From assembly GCA_018664485.1 (NCBI GenBank), contig JABJOE010000006.1:7294-71293 (forward strand): a stretch of DNA of 64,000 nt, given 5' to 3'. This document shows positions 39,239 to 48,864 of the stretch, piece by piece; positions within the stretch are counted from its first letter, which is position 1, and each line of letters opens with the position of its first letter. The notes beneath the pieces are model-generated. The model was not told the DNA's origin. It saw nothing but the letters and a program-made list of their open reading frames with translations, and ran no database searches. The DNA is from Candidatus Uhrbacteria bacterium (GTDB taxonomy: Bacteria; Patescibacteriota; Patescibacteriia; UBA9934). The translations under genes and the position numbers were made by a program.

Positions 39239-40723
39239 ATGCCTGAAACGCTAGATTTCCTACCGCTTGCGCAAAAGCTCAAAAACTCTGGTCCATACAC
39301 GGACGAAGATGTTGTTTTTACGAAACGAGCGTTTGAAATGGCAAAGGCCGCTCACAAAGGTCAGATGAGAAAAACCGGTGAGCCATATGTCATCCATCCG
39401 TTTGCAGTTGCGATGAAATTAGTAGACATGCAGTTGCCTATAGAGGTTGTAGCTGCAGGTCTTCTCCATGACGTTCCAGAAGATACAGATGTAACAGTTG
39501 AGGAGATTCAGCATGCTTTTGGTGACGAAGTTGCCACCATGGTAAATGGTGTTACGAAATTGGGGCATGTTCGCTACACGGGACTTGAGCGATATGTGGA
39601 AAACTTGCGGAAGATGTTCCTTGCAATGGCGCAAGACGTGCGAGTTATCTTCATTAAATTCGCCGACCGGATGCACAACATGGAAACCCTCTATGTTATT
39701 CCCGAAAGCAAACGAATTCGAATCGCGCGTGAGGTCATGGAAATCTACGCACCAATCGCTAACCGTCTTGGAATGGGAGAATACCGCGGGCTGTTTGAAG
39801 ATTACGCATTCCGCTACCTGAGCCCAAAAGAGTACAACTGGACAAAACACCTTCTAGAGCAGAGCGTTAAGAAAGCCGGACCTGCGATGGAGCGTGCCCT
39901 TCGTGACGTTGAAGATGCGCTTCGTGATAACGGATTAAGACTCGCCAATGTTCATGGGCGAATTAAGTTCTGCCACAGTCTTTACAAGAAATTAAAGAAG
40001 TACGACAAAGACATCAATAAGGTGTACGACCTCATGGCTCTTCGCATCATTGTAAACGATGTAAGCGAGTGCTACGGGGCGCTTGGGATCCTCCACAGCA
40101 TGTATACGCCGCTTTCAGGACGTATCAAAGATTATATTGCACAACCAAAACCAAATGGTTATCAATCCCTTCACACAACGGTGTTTGATGAAGATGGATC
40201 TATTTTGGAATTCCAAATTCGTACAACGGAAATGCACGAAGAGGCTGAGTACGGTATTGCAGCCCACTGGAGATACAAAGAATTCAAGAGCAAAGATAAG
40301 AAAGTTCGCTGGATGAATGATTTGGTTCGTATTCAAAAAGAGCTTAATGAAACTGACTTCATGGATCGGCTTGATGAACTTAAGCTCGACATGTTCCACG
40401 ACCGTATTTTCGTCTTCTCTCCAAACGGAGATGTGTTCGACCTACCAGAAAACTCAACACCAATCGATTTTGCCTACGCAATTCATACAGATATCGGAAA
40501 CAAAGCGTCTACAGCAAAAATTAACCACCAAGTAGTAAACCTTGGATCCCCTCTTAAGTCAGGAGACATGTGTGAGATAATTGTCGACAAAAACCGTAAG
40601 GGGCCAAGTGCAGATTGGCTTAAATTTGTAAAAACACATCACGCTCGATCAAAAATTAAAGATGCAGTTAAAAAGAACAAGCGTTCATTCCTAGCCTCTT
40701 TCAAAGACCGATCAAAACGATAG
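39239..40723 (+). CDS. relA: RelA/SpoT (p)ppGpp synthetase/hydrolase (HD+SYNTH+TGS, no ACT)
   Basis: H.GQ.RKTGEPY..HP, LLHDV.ED, ADRMHNM, KPNGYQSLHT, EFQIRT, DFAYAIHT. Confidence 0.93.
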   Translation: MPETLDFLPLAQKLKNSGPYTDEDVVFTKRAFEMAKAAHKGQMRKTGEPYVIHPFAVAMKLVDMQLPIEVVAAGLLHDVPEDTDVTVEEIQHAFGDEVATMVNGVTKLGHVRYTGLERYVENLRKMFLAMAQDVRVIFIKFADRMHNMETLYVIPESKRIRIAREVMEIYAPIANRLGMGEYRGLFEDYAFRYLSPKEYNWTKHLLEQSVKKAGPAMERALRDVEDALRDNGLRLANVHGRIKFCHSLYKKLKKYDKDINKVYDLMALRIIVNDVSECYGALGILHSMYTPLSGRIKDYIAQPKPNGYQSLHTTVFDEDGSILEFQIRTTEMHEEAEYGIAAHWRYKEFKSKDKKVRWMNDLVRIQKELNETDFMDRLDELKLDMFHDRIFVFSPNGDVFDLPENSTPIDFAYAIHTDIGNKASTAKINHQVVNLGSPLKSGDMCEIIVDKNRKGPSADWLKFVKTHHARSKIKDAVKKNKRSFLASFKDRSKR

Positions 40724-40741
40724 CGTTACATACTCAGAAGC

Positions 40742-40777
40742 AAAAACGTGCCTCACTTGGAGACACGTTATTGTTTT
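40742..40777. terminator. Terminator between convergent rel and parB
   Basis: AACGTG.CTC...GAGACACGTT flanked by A- and T-rich runs. Confidence 0.55.
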
Positions 40778-40804
40778 ATATAAATCGTAGGGGCTAGATC
40801 CAAA

Positions 40805-41671
40805 CTAATCAATCAAGCGCTTAACCAAATTCCTTAGATCGTCTTTAGAATAAAAGTGGATCACCATCTTTCCAGAAGTACCTGACATTTTTAGCTCTAC
40901 CTTTGTTTCAAGTGCATCTCGGAGTTCATCCTCAATAGCTCTTATATTCGCATCTTGTGGCCGCTTCTTGGACCCTGGCCGTGCACCCGATGCCTTAGCC
41001 TCTGCCTGACGAACGGTAAGCTTCCCGGCAAGCATCTGGCGGAACATCTCCAGCCGCCTTACCTGATCGACCTCTGAAAGCAATGTCCTTGCATGCGATC
41101 GAGTGATCTTACCCTCCATCAAAGCTTGCTGGATCTCAGTCTCCAAATCTAAAAGACGAATGATATTTGCAACATATGAACGACTCTTCCCGATTCTTTG
41201 TGCAACCTGCTCCTGCGTTAGAGAAAACAATTCAACAAAAGAATTATATGCCTGAGCTTCTTCAACGGCATTAAGATCAGCACGCTGGATATTCTCAATC
41301 AATGCCAACTCCAACTTTTGCTGTTCTGAAACATCTGCACGAACAACTGCCGGCACAGTTTGTAAACCAAGCAGTCGAGCACTACGCAAACGACGCTCAC
41401 CTGCAATAAGCTCATAGTTCCCATCGTCCTTCTTGGTAACTAAAAGTGGCTGCAGAATTCCGTGTTCTTTAATCGAACCGACCAAATCCTCTAAATCCGC
41501 CGGCGCAAAATAAGTACGCGGCTGATGTGGATTCTCCACGATCATATCTATTTTGATCTCGGATTCAGGGGTCGCTGCCACAACCGCCTCCTGCGTTCCA
41601 ACTATTGGCGCAATCTTCGGCGGAATCAACGAACTTAAACCACGACCTAATCCTCCTTTTGCCTTTGCCAT
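40805..41671 (-). CDS. parB: Chromosome partitioning protein ParB/Spo0J
   Basis: GLGRGL, NPHQPR, IAGERRLR, ENIQRADLN, HTH. Confidence 0.96.
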   Translation of the reverse strand: MAKAKGGLGRGLSSLIPPKIAPIVGTQEAVVAATPESEIKIDMIVENPHQPRTYFAPADLEDLVGSIKEHGILQPLLVTKKDDGNYELIAGERRLRSARLLGLQTVPAVVRADVSEQQKLELALIENIQRADLNAVEEAQAYNSFVELFSLTQEQVAQRIGKSRSYVANIIRLLDLETEIQQALMEGKITRSHARTLLSEVDQVRRLEMFRQMLAGKLTVRQAEAKASGARPGSKKRPQDANIRAIEDELRDALETKVELKMSGTSGKMVIHFYSKDDLRNLVKRLID

Positions 41672-41680
41672 ATTAATATT

Positions 41681-42478
41681 CTAAACAACAGTATCTTTTT
41701 GTGTAATAGCGATCGGTGTGTCTTCCCGCATCAAAAACTCCTTTGCTAGCCGCTCATATGCACGTCCAGCCTTACACGTTGGATCAAATTGCAAAATAGA
41801 CTGACCATAACTTGGAGCCTCAGCAAGTCGAACACTTCGTGGAATAACGGATCTGAAAATCTTTTCTGGAAAATGTGCGTACAGCTCTTCCAAGACCTGA
41901 CGAGAAAGTTTTGTACGCGTATCAAACATAGTAATGACTGCTCCCATAATTTCCAACTCCGGCTTGATCGACTGGCGAACCATATCGACCGTCTGCATAA
42001 GTTGCCCGAGCCCTTCAAGCGAGTAGTACTCAGCCTGCACTGGAATAAGTACGCTGTCAGCAGCCACCAAACCATTAACAGTCAAAAGTCCGAGCGTTGG
42101 TGGATTGTCGATAATGATGTAATCGTAGTCATTGCGCACCTCAAGAAGTGCTTCGTGCAATTTTCGCTCACGTCCCATCTCACTTACAAGCTCTACCGAT
42201 GCACCTGCGAGGTCTGGACCACCTGCTAGTAAAAATAGCCCCTCGTGTGCCGTTGGTAAAATAATATCCTTAGCCTTACCGTTTCCAGATAGGGCATGAT
42301 ACGTCCCTTGCACCTCATGACTGACAACGTTAAGTCCACTTGAGGCATTACCCTGTGGATCAAGGTCAACCAACAAAACATACTTCCCGAAATGGGCCAA
42401 GTATGAGGCAAGATTGACGGCAGTCGTTGACTTACCAACACCACCCTTCTGATTTACGATTGAAACTATATGAGCCAT
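41681..42478 (-). CDS. parA: Chromosome partitioning ATPase ParA/Soj
   Basis: NQKGGVGKST, DLDPQGNA, IPRSVRLAEAPS. Confidence 0.96.
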   Translation of the reverse strand: MAHIVSIVNQKGGVGKSTTAVNLASYLAHFGKYVLLVDLDPQGNASSGLNVVSHEVQGTYHALSGNGKAKDIILPTAHEGLFLLAGGPDLAGASVELVSEMGRERKLHEALLEVRNDYDYIIIDNPPTLGLLTVNGLVAADSVLIPVQAEYYSLEGLGQLMQTVDMVRQSIKPELEIMGAVITMFDTRTKLSRQVLEELYAHFPEKIFRSVIPRSVRLAEAPSYGQSILQFDPTCKAGRAYERLAKEFLMREDTPIAITQKDTVV

Positions 42479-42493
42479 AACGGCCTCAGTATA

Positions 42494-43642
42494 TCATTTC
42501 TTAGCCACCCTTGCGACCGCGCTTGAAACGCTCTTTACAACCATAGGATCAAACGCATCTGGAATAATATTTGTAGGATGAGGCTCCTTAACCACCCCCG
42601 CCAATGCCTGCGCTGCCGCCAGTTTCATATCTTCCGTGATTTCTTTGGCCTTTGCGTCAAATGCACCTCGAAATACTCCAGGGAAAGCGAGCACATTATT
42701 TATTTGGTTTGGAAAGTCTGATCGACCAGATGCTACAACTGCAGCTCCAGCATCAAGCGCATCTTGCGGCATAATCTCTGGATCAGGATTAGCCATAGCA
42801 AACACGATTGCATCTTTTGCCATAGATTTCACCATCTCCGATGAAACGATTCCACCAACACTCACTCCAATGAATACATCAGCACCTTCGAGCGCATCAG
42901 CTAAAGTTCCACCTTTCTCATTAGGGTTGGTAAAACTGAGCAGATCTTTCTTTGCACCGTTTAGATTGTCACGATCTGGTGAAATAATTCCTTTTGAATC
43001 ACACATAACAATGTCTGCAACACCTTGAGATGAAAGTAACTTCGCAATTGCAGTGCCTGCGGCTCCAGCCCCACTCATAACAACCTTCAATCCATCAAAC
43101 GTTCTATTTGTAACCTTGAGTGCGTTGATAAGGCCTGCAACCGTAACGATTGCAGTACCATGTTGGTCGTCGTGAAAAACTGGTATATCCAGTCGTTCCC
43201 GAAGACGCCGCTCAATCTCAAAACACCGAGGAGCAGCAATATCTTCTAAATTAATCCCACCAAAGCTCGGTGCTAATCGAACAACCGTTTCAACAATCTC
43301 ATCTACGTCTTGCGTTGCAAGGCAGATCGGAAAAGCATCCACGTTAGCAAAAGTCTTAAATAGCACAGCCTTCCCTTCCATTACCGGGTACGCAGCTTCG
43401 GGTCCAATATTTCCAAGCCCCAAAACAGAAGAACCATCAGTTACAACAGCAACCCAGTTACCTCGTGGCGTATATTTCCAAACATTCTGCACGTCCTTTG
43501 CGATCTCACGGCAAGGCTCTGCAACGCCCGGCGTATAGTAAGTTGAAAGATCATCACGATTCTCCAAAGGTACTTTTAATCCAAGTTCAATCTTCCCCTT
43601 ATTCTCCGCATGACGCTTAAGCGACTCTTTATTGTAATCCAT
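42494..43642 (-). CDS. NAD(P)-dependent malic enzyme
   Basis: YTPGVAEP, PVMEGKA.LFK, NLEDI.APRCF, HDDQHGTA, GAGAAG, NQINN. Start moved to MDYNKE. Confidence 0.94.
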   Translation of the reverse strand: MDYNKESLKRHAENKGKIELGLKVPLENRDDLSTYYTPGVAEPCREIAKDVQNVWKYTPRGNWVAVVTDGSSVLGLGNIGPEAAYPVMEGKAVLFKTFANVDAFPICLATQDVDEIVETVVRLAPSFGGINLEDIAAPRCFEIERRLRERLDIPVFHDDQHGTAIVTVAGLINALKVTNRTFDGLKVVMSGAGAAGTAIAKLLSSQGVADIVMCDSKGIISPDRDNLNGAKKDLLSFTNPNEKGGTLADALEGADVFIGVSVGGIVSSEMVKSMAKDAIVFAMANPDPEIMPQDALDAGAAVVASGRSDFPNQINNVLAFPGVFRGAFDAKAKEITEDMKLAAAQALAGVVKEPHPTNIIPDAFDPMVVKSVSSAVARVAKK

Positions 43643-43695
43643 ACCGGCACAGGGTAACACGGTTGATTGCGGATGTTCAAGATGACCTGTATACA

Positions 43696-43724
43696 TTGAC
43701 AAAAGGCCATTTTTGTGATATTCT
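43696..43724 (+). promoter_or_regulatory. Sigma70-type promoter
   Basis: TTGACA-17 nt-TATTCT with extended TG. Confidence 0.7.
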
Positions 43725-43906
43725 TGTGCGTCAGATAAAGACGTTTTCTCATCATTTTGTGGTGATTTAACGCCTTTATCTGCATATTTAGCCGATCGCG
43801 AAAATCATCTGCCTATAGTGGTGGGTGTGGGGTAAATTAGCCTATTCGTGTTAGGGAATATGTCTCGCCGTTCCTGGTGAGTTTAAGATGAGGAGAGAAG
43901 AAGACC

Positions 43907-44905
43907 ATGTCAGACGGAAAAGAGTCCGAAAACGAAGAGTCCACGAACGAAGGGTCCAGCAAGTTTCGCCTGTCCTCCCTCGCCTTCATGTTCGTCATGT
44001 CGAACCTCGGCATTATGATCGCTGCGGCAAAGGGTGACTGGTTTAATATCTTTGGCGTAGTCGGTAGCCTTACCTTGGGATACGTTATCGTGTCTCAGTG
44101 GCATGCGCTGCGGGACCTACGCAAAGAGTTCAAGATCAAGGAGGTCGATCTCCAGAAAATAGTTGTCGATCTCGCCATGGAAAAAACTACGGTCAGAGTC
44201 CTCACACAACAAAGAGACGATGCAATCGAGCATGAGAGAGCTCTCCAAACGAAGGTCCATGACCTCGAGGCCGCGAATGCGGTGCTCAAAGAAGAGAAGA
44301 GTGAGGCAGAAGGCGAAAGCGCACGGCTCAAGGGTCGGAACGACCGCCTGACAGAGAGCGAGAAGCGCGACCGCAAAGCGCTTCTCACGTTCCTGAGCTT
44401 CGTCCTCAAGCAGATGCAGATCATCCGGTCTGCAAAAGCCAAGGACATGGATGGAACCTGGGCCTCCGAATTGCGACAGCGTCTAGCGCATGAAGTGATG
44501 CGATTGGCGACGACGCAGGAGCTGGAGCCAGACTTCTTCGCGACCAAAGACAGAGCGGAACTGGTCTTCGATGTCATGACAGAGATGGCAGAAGCCCTTC
44601 ACAGTCGCAATAGGCTGCGCTTTGGTTCAATCTTCAGGCGTCAGCATGAAAGCGAACTGTGGGACCTCGGAATTCCCCGCATCTTGTTGGTGTCTCACAT
44701 GACCCGTATCGACAAGGGGAACGATCAGGATGTGGCCACACAGCACCTTCTTGATGGCAATGGAGCGATCCGCCCCATGTACTTCAGAGCAGCACATGAC
44801 CTGGCCCGAGAAATTCGGGAATCCAAGACGATGGAGATCCTTTCGGTAACGGAATCCGCCGGCTTCCTCTGGCTTACCGGACTCTTCGAGAAAAAATCAA
44901 ACTGA
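43907..44905 (+). CDS. Hypothetical protein with two TM helices and a coiled coil
   Basis: GAGGAG upstream, heptad-like region, 3' hairpin 44955-44989. Confidence 0.7.
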   Translation: MSDGKESENEESTNEGSSKFRLSSLAFMFVMSNLGIMIAAAKGDWFNIFGVVGSLTLGYVIVSQWHALRDLRKEFKIKEVDLQKIVVDLAMEKTTVRVLTQQRDDAIEHERALQTKVHDLEAANAVLKEEKSEAEGESARLKGRNDRLTESEKRDRKALLTFLSFVLKQMQIIRSAKAKDMDGTWASELRQRLAHEVMRLATTQELEPDFFATKDRAELVFDVMTEMAEALHSRNRLRFGSIFRRQHESELWDLGIPRILLVSHMTRIDKGNDQDVATQHLLDGNGAIRPMYFRAAHDLAREIRESKTMEILSVTESAGFLWLTGLFEKKSN

Positions 44906-45015
44906 GCATTACGCCTGTAGCCATGCGACCGAGTGGTCCTTGAGCACAGCCGTCAATTCCCACACCTCGTCTAACGGGGGGTGGGAATTTACATTTAAAA
45001 AAACATCTGCATTGG

Positions 45016-45044
45016 TTGACGTTTTGAGCGATTTATGATAGTAT
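45016..45044 (+). promoter_or_regulatory. Sigma70-type promoter
   Basis: TTGACG-17 nt-TAGTAT with extended TG. Confidence 0.7.
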
Positions 45045-45113
45045 CTACAGTCGTATCTTCGGCAAACAATACACGCGCAGCAAATCGAATTACCCTACAA
45101 AGAGGAGCCTGCA

Positions 45114-45833
45114 ATGACACAAGATCCATCTGATGCCGTTACCCTTGAAGAGGCCGCAGCGCTACTTGCTGCCGTGATGAAAAGGCTCGTCGGTAAAGAT
45201 GGCCGCGCCTGGCTCACAACCATTGAGCGCCTTTCACTAGCTGATGATCCACAACATACGGAAGCTGTCAGCGCAGGTACTCCAGCACTCTCCGTTCCCA
45301 ATGGACTGACAGTCGACGATGCCTGGGCGCGATCAGTAATCCATCGATCAGGATTCGACGCCGCGATTGCAGAGTGGGAGAAAGCATACACCCAAGCAGA
45401 GAGCCTGGGGCTCCCGCTACGCATCCCTCGCAACGCGCGAATCCTACACTCCTACCTCGCCTCCGATCACAGCACACGGTTGCCGAAAGACAAGCCTGGG
45501 AGGAAGTTTGCCGTATGGCTCGTAGATCAGATCTATGAAGCTACGATGACAGGACTCACTCGCGACACATACAGCAGGCGGCGAGAGGCGTCCGTGATCA
45601 TGTTCCGCGCAGCCGTGCTCGTACTGAAGGTAGTGTCAGAAGAAGTAGAGGTAGTCACAGATATGCCTAGGTCCACATCATCAGCCGACACAAATTGGAC
45701 CATTCAAGGTGGCATCGCTCAGAAAATTGGAAGCGAAATGCGTCCGGACGAAAGCTGGCTCCAAATCGGCATTTTGCTTCGACCGCAGCTCAAGTTCAGC
45801 GACGGCACGTCCATACCCGGCGACGTCGCATGA
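45114..45833 (+). CDS. Hypothetical protein
   Basis: GAGGAG 6 nt before ATG; own promoter; no recognised motif. Confidence 0.65.
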   Translation: MTQDPSDAVTLEEAAALLAAVMKRLVGKDGRAWLTTIERLSLADDPQHTEAVSAGTPALSVPNGLTVDDAWARSVIHRSGFDAAIAEWEKAYTQAESLGLPLRIPRNARILHSYLASDHSTRLPKDKPGRKFAVWLVDQIYEATMTGLTRDTYSRRREASVIMFRAAVLVLKVVSEEVEVVTDMPRSTSSADTNWTIQGGIAQKIGSEMRPDESWLQIGILLRPQLKFSDGTSIPGDVA

Positions 45834-45948
45834 AACCACCGCCAACTCCTCGGCAAACAGACTGCCCCGTATCGACCCCTGGTCTTTGCGGGGATTCGTG
45901 CATCAATAAACAATAAAAATAGAAATCTCCAAATAAACCTTGAAGCAA

Positions 45949-46209
45949 CTACTTCCAGCGCTCCAACCTTGGGATACCTCGCGTTAAAATCCAGGCAAGA
46001 ATACCATTCATACCTTTCTCTTTCATTTTTTCAATACAGAGTATTTGCATTTGTTTTGGGTCTGTAATTTCAGGGCTTAAAAATGGTCCGTCTTTAAAAC
46101 AGTACGAGCAGTACATATCACTCTTCGCCCCATCTTTTTCAGATCCCCCTCCCTTAGGATCACCACTAAATGGCATCCCGCAACTCTGACAAAATTTATT
46201 CTTTTTCAT
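45949..46209 (-). CDS. Small zinc-ribbon domain protein
   Basis: CQSCGMP...YCSYCF..G.F...P.LERW; TGaTATACT 8 nt before MKKNKF. Confidence 0.85.
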   Translation of the reverse strand: MKKNKFCQSCGMPFSGDPKGGGSEKDGAKSDMYCSYCFKDGPFLSPEITDPKQMQILCIEKMKEKGMNGILAWILTRGIPRLERWK

Positions 46210-46263
46210 ATACGCAAAGTATATCAGCACGGTTCAAAATCATGAATTCTGCGTTTCTAAATT

Positions 46264-46533
46264 CTATAAGTGTTTGTATCCAAGTCTCTTTAATTCATGT
46301 TGATGCTGTCGCTTAAATTCTCTGTGTCCACCTCCACTCTTCAAATAGACTTCACGAGCCATTGCATCATTCTTATTCTTATAATTTTCATAATAGAATA
46401 TTTTCGCAGGCAATCTGTGCTTTGTAGATTTTACAGAGCCTGATTCGTGAGCCCTTAACCGATCTTTAAGATTTGTAGAGTAACCGATATACAGCTGATC
46501 ATCTGAACAAAATAAAACGTAAACAAAATACAT
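46264..46533 (-). CDS. GIY-YIG nuclease family protein
   Basis: YFVYVL...LYIGYS.NL..RL..H..G...STK...YE...A.ARE..LKSG.G. Confidence 0.9.
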   Translation of the reverse strand: MYFVYVLFCSDDQLYIGYSTNLKDRLRAHESGSVKSTKHRLPAKIFYYENYKNKNDAMAREVYLKSGGGHREFKRQHQHELKRLGYKHL

Positions 46534-46607
46534 ACATATACATCCTAGCATTAGCGACGTCGGACGTCGCTTTTGGACCCGTCAAACGGGTCTCAGGCCT
46601 TCACAGC

Positions 46608-46641
46608 AAAAGACCCACGACGTAATGTCAGTGGGTCTTTT
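46608..46641 (-). terminator. Terminator downstream of tRNA-fMet
   Basis: AAAAGACCCAC...GTGGGTCTTTT. Confidence 0.65.
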
Positions 46642-46676
46642 TGGTTGCCCGAACGGCTTTAGGCCGTCCGACGGCC

Positions 46677-46753
<77 letters not shown>

Positions 46754-46758
46754 GGCGC

Positions 46759-46787
46759 ATAATAGGTAAAATATGGGTTTATGTCAA
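46759..46787 (-). promoter_or_regulatory. Promoter of tRNA-fMet
   Basis: TTGACA-17 nt-TATTAT. Confidence 0.75.
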
Positions 46788-46810
46788 GCAAACGTCCTTT
46801 GAGCGCACCG

Positions 46811-46839
46811 TTGACTAACCTGCAGTAATCTGGTAATAT
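46811..46839 (+). promoter_or_regulatory. Promoter of tRNA-Leu/tRNA-Met
   Basis: TTGACT-17 nt-TAATAT with extended TG. Confidence 0.72.
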
Positions 46840-46859
46840 TCGCATCGCAAAACAAGTTT

Positions 46860-46946
46860 GCCGCGATGGCGGAACTGGTAGACGCGCGGGACTCAAAATC
46901 CCGTGATGGCAACATTGTGAGGGTTCAAGTCCCTCTCGCGGCACCA
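46860..46946 (+). tRNA. tRNA-Leu (CAA)
   Basis: Cloverleaf, anticodon loop CTCAAAA, long variable arm, GTTCAAGT, encoded CCA. Confidence 0.96.
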
Positions 46947-47019
46947 CTGAATTCATATACTTACTACTTCTCAATAAAGAGGAAGACAGTATATCTAGAT
47001 CGGTTGCGATTACAACGCA

Positions 47020-47126
47020 GTCAGTTTGGTATAGTTTCGATGAAAGGGTGGCACGCAAGGAAACGTACTCAATGTACGTAGACGAAGCGTGTCGGGCCCC
47101 TTGAGTCGAAAATAGCCCAAAATGAC
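47020..47126. repeat. Palindromic element, copy 3 (in the tRNA spacer)
   Basis: Arms GTCAGTTTGG.TA.TTTCGA / TCGAAAATAGCCCAAAATGAC; core AAGGA-AACGTAC-TCAAT-GTACGTA-GACGA. Confidence 0.65.
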
Positions 47127-47131
47127 AAGTT

Positions 47132-47208
47132 GGCTGGGTAGCTCAGTTGGTTAGAGCGCGGGACTCATAAGCCTGAGGTCGAGAGTTCAAGTCTCTCTCC
47201 AGCCACCA
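47132..47208 (+). tRNA. tRNA with CAT anticodon, probably elongator Met (Ile2 not excluded)
   Basis: GGCTGGG/TCCAGCC acceptor with C3-G70 and U4-A69, loop CTCATAA, encoded CCA. Confidence 0.9.
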
Positions 47209-47237
47209 AAAACACACCTGAAACAGGTGTGTTTTTG
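47208..47237 (+). terminator. Intrinsic terminator after the tRNA
   Basis: AAAAACACACCTG-AAA-CAGGTGTGTTTTT. Confidence 0.85.
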
Positions 47238-47317
47238 TATTGACAAAACCCATTAAATAGTATAAGTTCACTCCTCGGCATTTGATTCCTGTCGAGACAC
47301 CCCACTCCGGAGACTGT

Positions 47318-47809
47318 ATGCCCGATCTCATCCTCGCCCATGCAACTAGCTTGGCACAGGCAATTCAGAAGGTGAGCGCTCCGAACGTCACCCATAAAGG
47401 CTCCGGCTGTGAAAACTACAACCCCAATAGCCACTACATAGAACACTCTCCAATCCGTCCGCGAGGTGGCCAGTGGCTGATCGTGACTGCAAGAAGCAGT
47501 TTCAAAAATAACGATAAGAGGTTTGAAGCGTATGTGACGGCCTGCATCGTCGCCCCCTCCCTCTGCCATGAAGAAACGAGAGGTGACCCCACCGCCTTCT
47601 TCCGGATCTACTACCACGACAACCGGAAACTCGTCTGGCATGTCACCTGGCGCCTTGAGCCAACGAAAGGTCAATGGCGTCTGGATGAAGCGCACACTAC
47701 GCTTGATACCATTCCTGAGTCCTGCAAAGAGGATATCAAGACCGGCGTCTACGACAACATCGAGGACCTCGCGAAAATGCTCGGCACATTCGCAACAGCA
47801 ATGAGCTGA
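47318..47809 (+). CDS. Hypothetical protein
   Basis: TTGACA at 47240, GGAG 5 nt before ATG 47318, 3' hairpin 47831-47854. Confidence 0.55.
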   Translation: MPDLILAHATSLAQAIQKVSAPNVTHKGSGCENYNPNSHYIEHSPIRPRGGQWLIVTARSSFKNNDKRFEAYVTACIVAPSLCHEETRGDPTAFFRIYYHDNRKLVWHVTWRLEPTKGQWRLDEAHTTLDTIPESCKEDIKTGVYDNIEDLAKMLGTFATAMS

Positions 47810-47892
47810 CTCGAAAGCTCGACTCCGTCAGAGCGCCTCCACTAGGGGGCGTTCCTTGCTTTTTGCAAAACTATGCTATACTCCCGCACACT

Positions 47893-48360
47893 ATGACTTT
47901 GACCACACATACTGCAATTGGCGCTGCTATTGGCTCATCTGTCGGAAACCCCATCATCGGGTTTCTTCTTGGATTTGCATCTCACTTCCTGGTAGACATG
48001 ATTCCACATGGTGACAGTAAAATGTCTGACTCATTCCGACTACTCCACAAAAAAGGACCCGTGGCGTATGCATCAATCGATGGAGCTATCGCTCTATACC
48101 TTGTCCTCACCCTTTCAAACATTATTCCGTCAGCACAACTATTTGCATTCTCCCTGGCTGTCGCAGGATCTGTACTCCCTGACCTTCTAATCGGATTACA
48201 AGACCTGACTCACTGGAGAATACTAAAACCTTTCTTTAGATTTCACTTTTTCTTCCACGACTTTTTTACAAAAAAATACGGCGATGTAAAACTTACATAC
48301 GCCCTTGCAGGACAAGCTGCTGTTATTATTTTTATCCTTCTCCCGCTTGTTAACGGCTAG
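47893..48360 (+). CDS. Membrane protein, putative metal-binding hydrolase-like
   Basis: TTH..IG, SHFLVDMIPH.D, LPD and FH..FH motifs; TGcTATACT 10 nt upstream. Confidence 0.75.
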   Translation: MTLTTHTAIGAAIGSSVGNPIIGFLLGFASHFLVDMIPHGDSKMSDSFRLLHKKGPVAYASIDGAIALYLVLTLSNIIPSAQLFAFSLAVAGSVLPDLLIGLQDLTHWRILKPFFRFHFFFHDFFTKKYGDVKLTYALAGQAAVIIFILLPLVNG

Positions 48361-48366
48361 TTCCCG

Positions 48367-48858
48367 CTAAAAATAAACATCGGCGCTTACACTCAATATA
48401 CTCACAATGATACCGGCAGTTATCACACCAGGAATAATACCCCGTATCGCATAACGAAAAGGTACTTTCAATGCTACAGCTGCCAGAGTAGCAGTCCACA
48501 GGCCGGTCATAGGAAGCGGTAATGCCGTAAAGAGAAATAATGCAAACGCCCCATAACGGGCGTATTTATGTTTTACTTTTCCCTTCGCTCTCTGGATTGA
48601 AAGCTCCATAATACGCCCAAACCACGGCCAATGTTTCGTCGCCAATCCATGCAAGGCGTCTAGTCCGAAATATAATGGAACAAGTGGAACAAGGTTTCCA
48701 ATCACGGCGTACCCGAATGCCTCGAGCGGTTGCAGCAGCCAAACATGCGCCGCTACAGGAATCGCAAGCCGCAATTCAAAAATAGGCATGGCAGCCAAGA
48801 TCATCGTGGCGATCGGTCGCGGAACCTCACTTAGAAATAATATTACAGACTCAATCAT
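48367..48858 (-). CDS. Small multidrug export family membrane protein
   Basis: MPIFELR.AIP, GN, F.ALPLPMTG.WT..LAA. Confidence 0.85.
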   Translation of the reverse strand: MIESVILFLSEVPRPIATMILAAMPIFELRLAIPVAAHVWLLQPLEAFGYAVIGNLVPLVPLYFGLDALHGLATKHWPWFGRIMELSIQRAKGKVKHKYARYGAFALFLFTALPLPMTGLWTATLAAVALKVPFRYAIRGIIPGVITAGIIVSILSVSADVYF

Positions 48859-48864
48859 ATAAAG

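Noticed and set aside
40805-42478. parAB as a sign of a plasmid or prophage; parS site
   Set aside because: Chromosomal Soj/Spo0J type among housekeeping genes; no parS consensus noticed and no phage genes.
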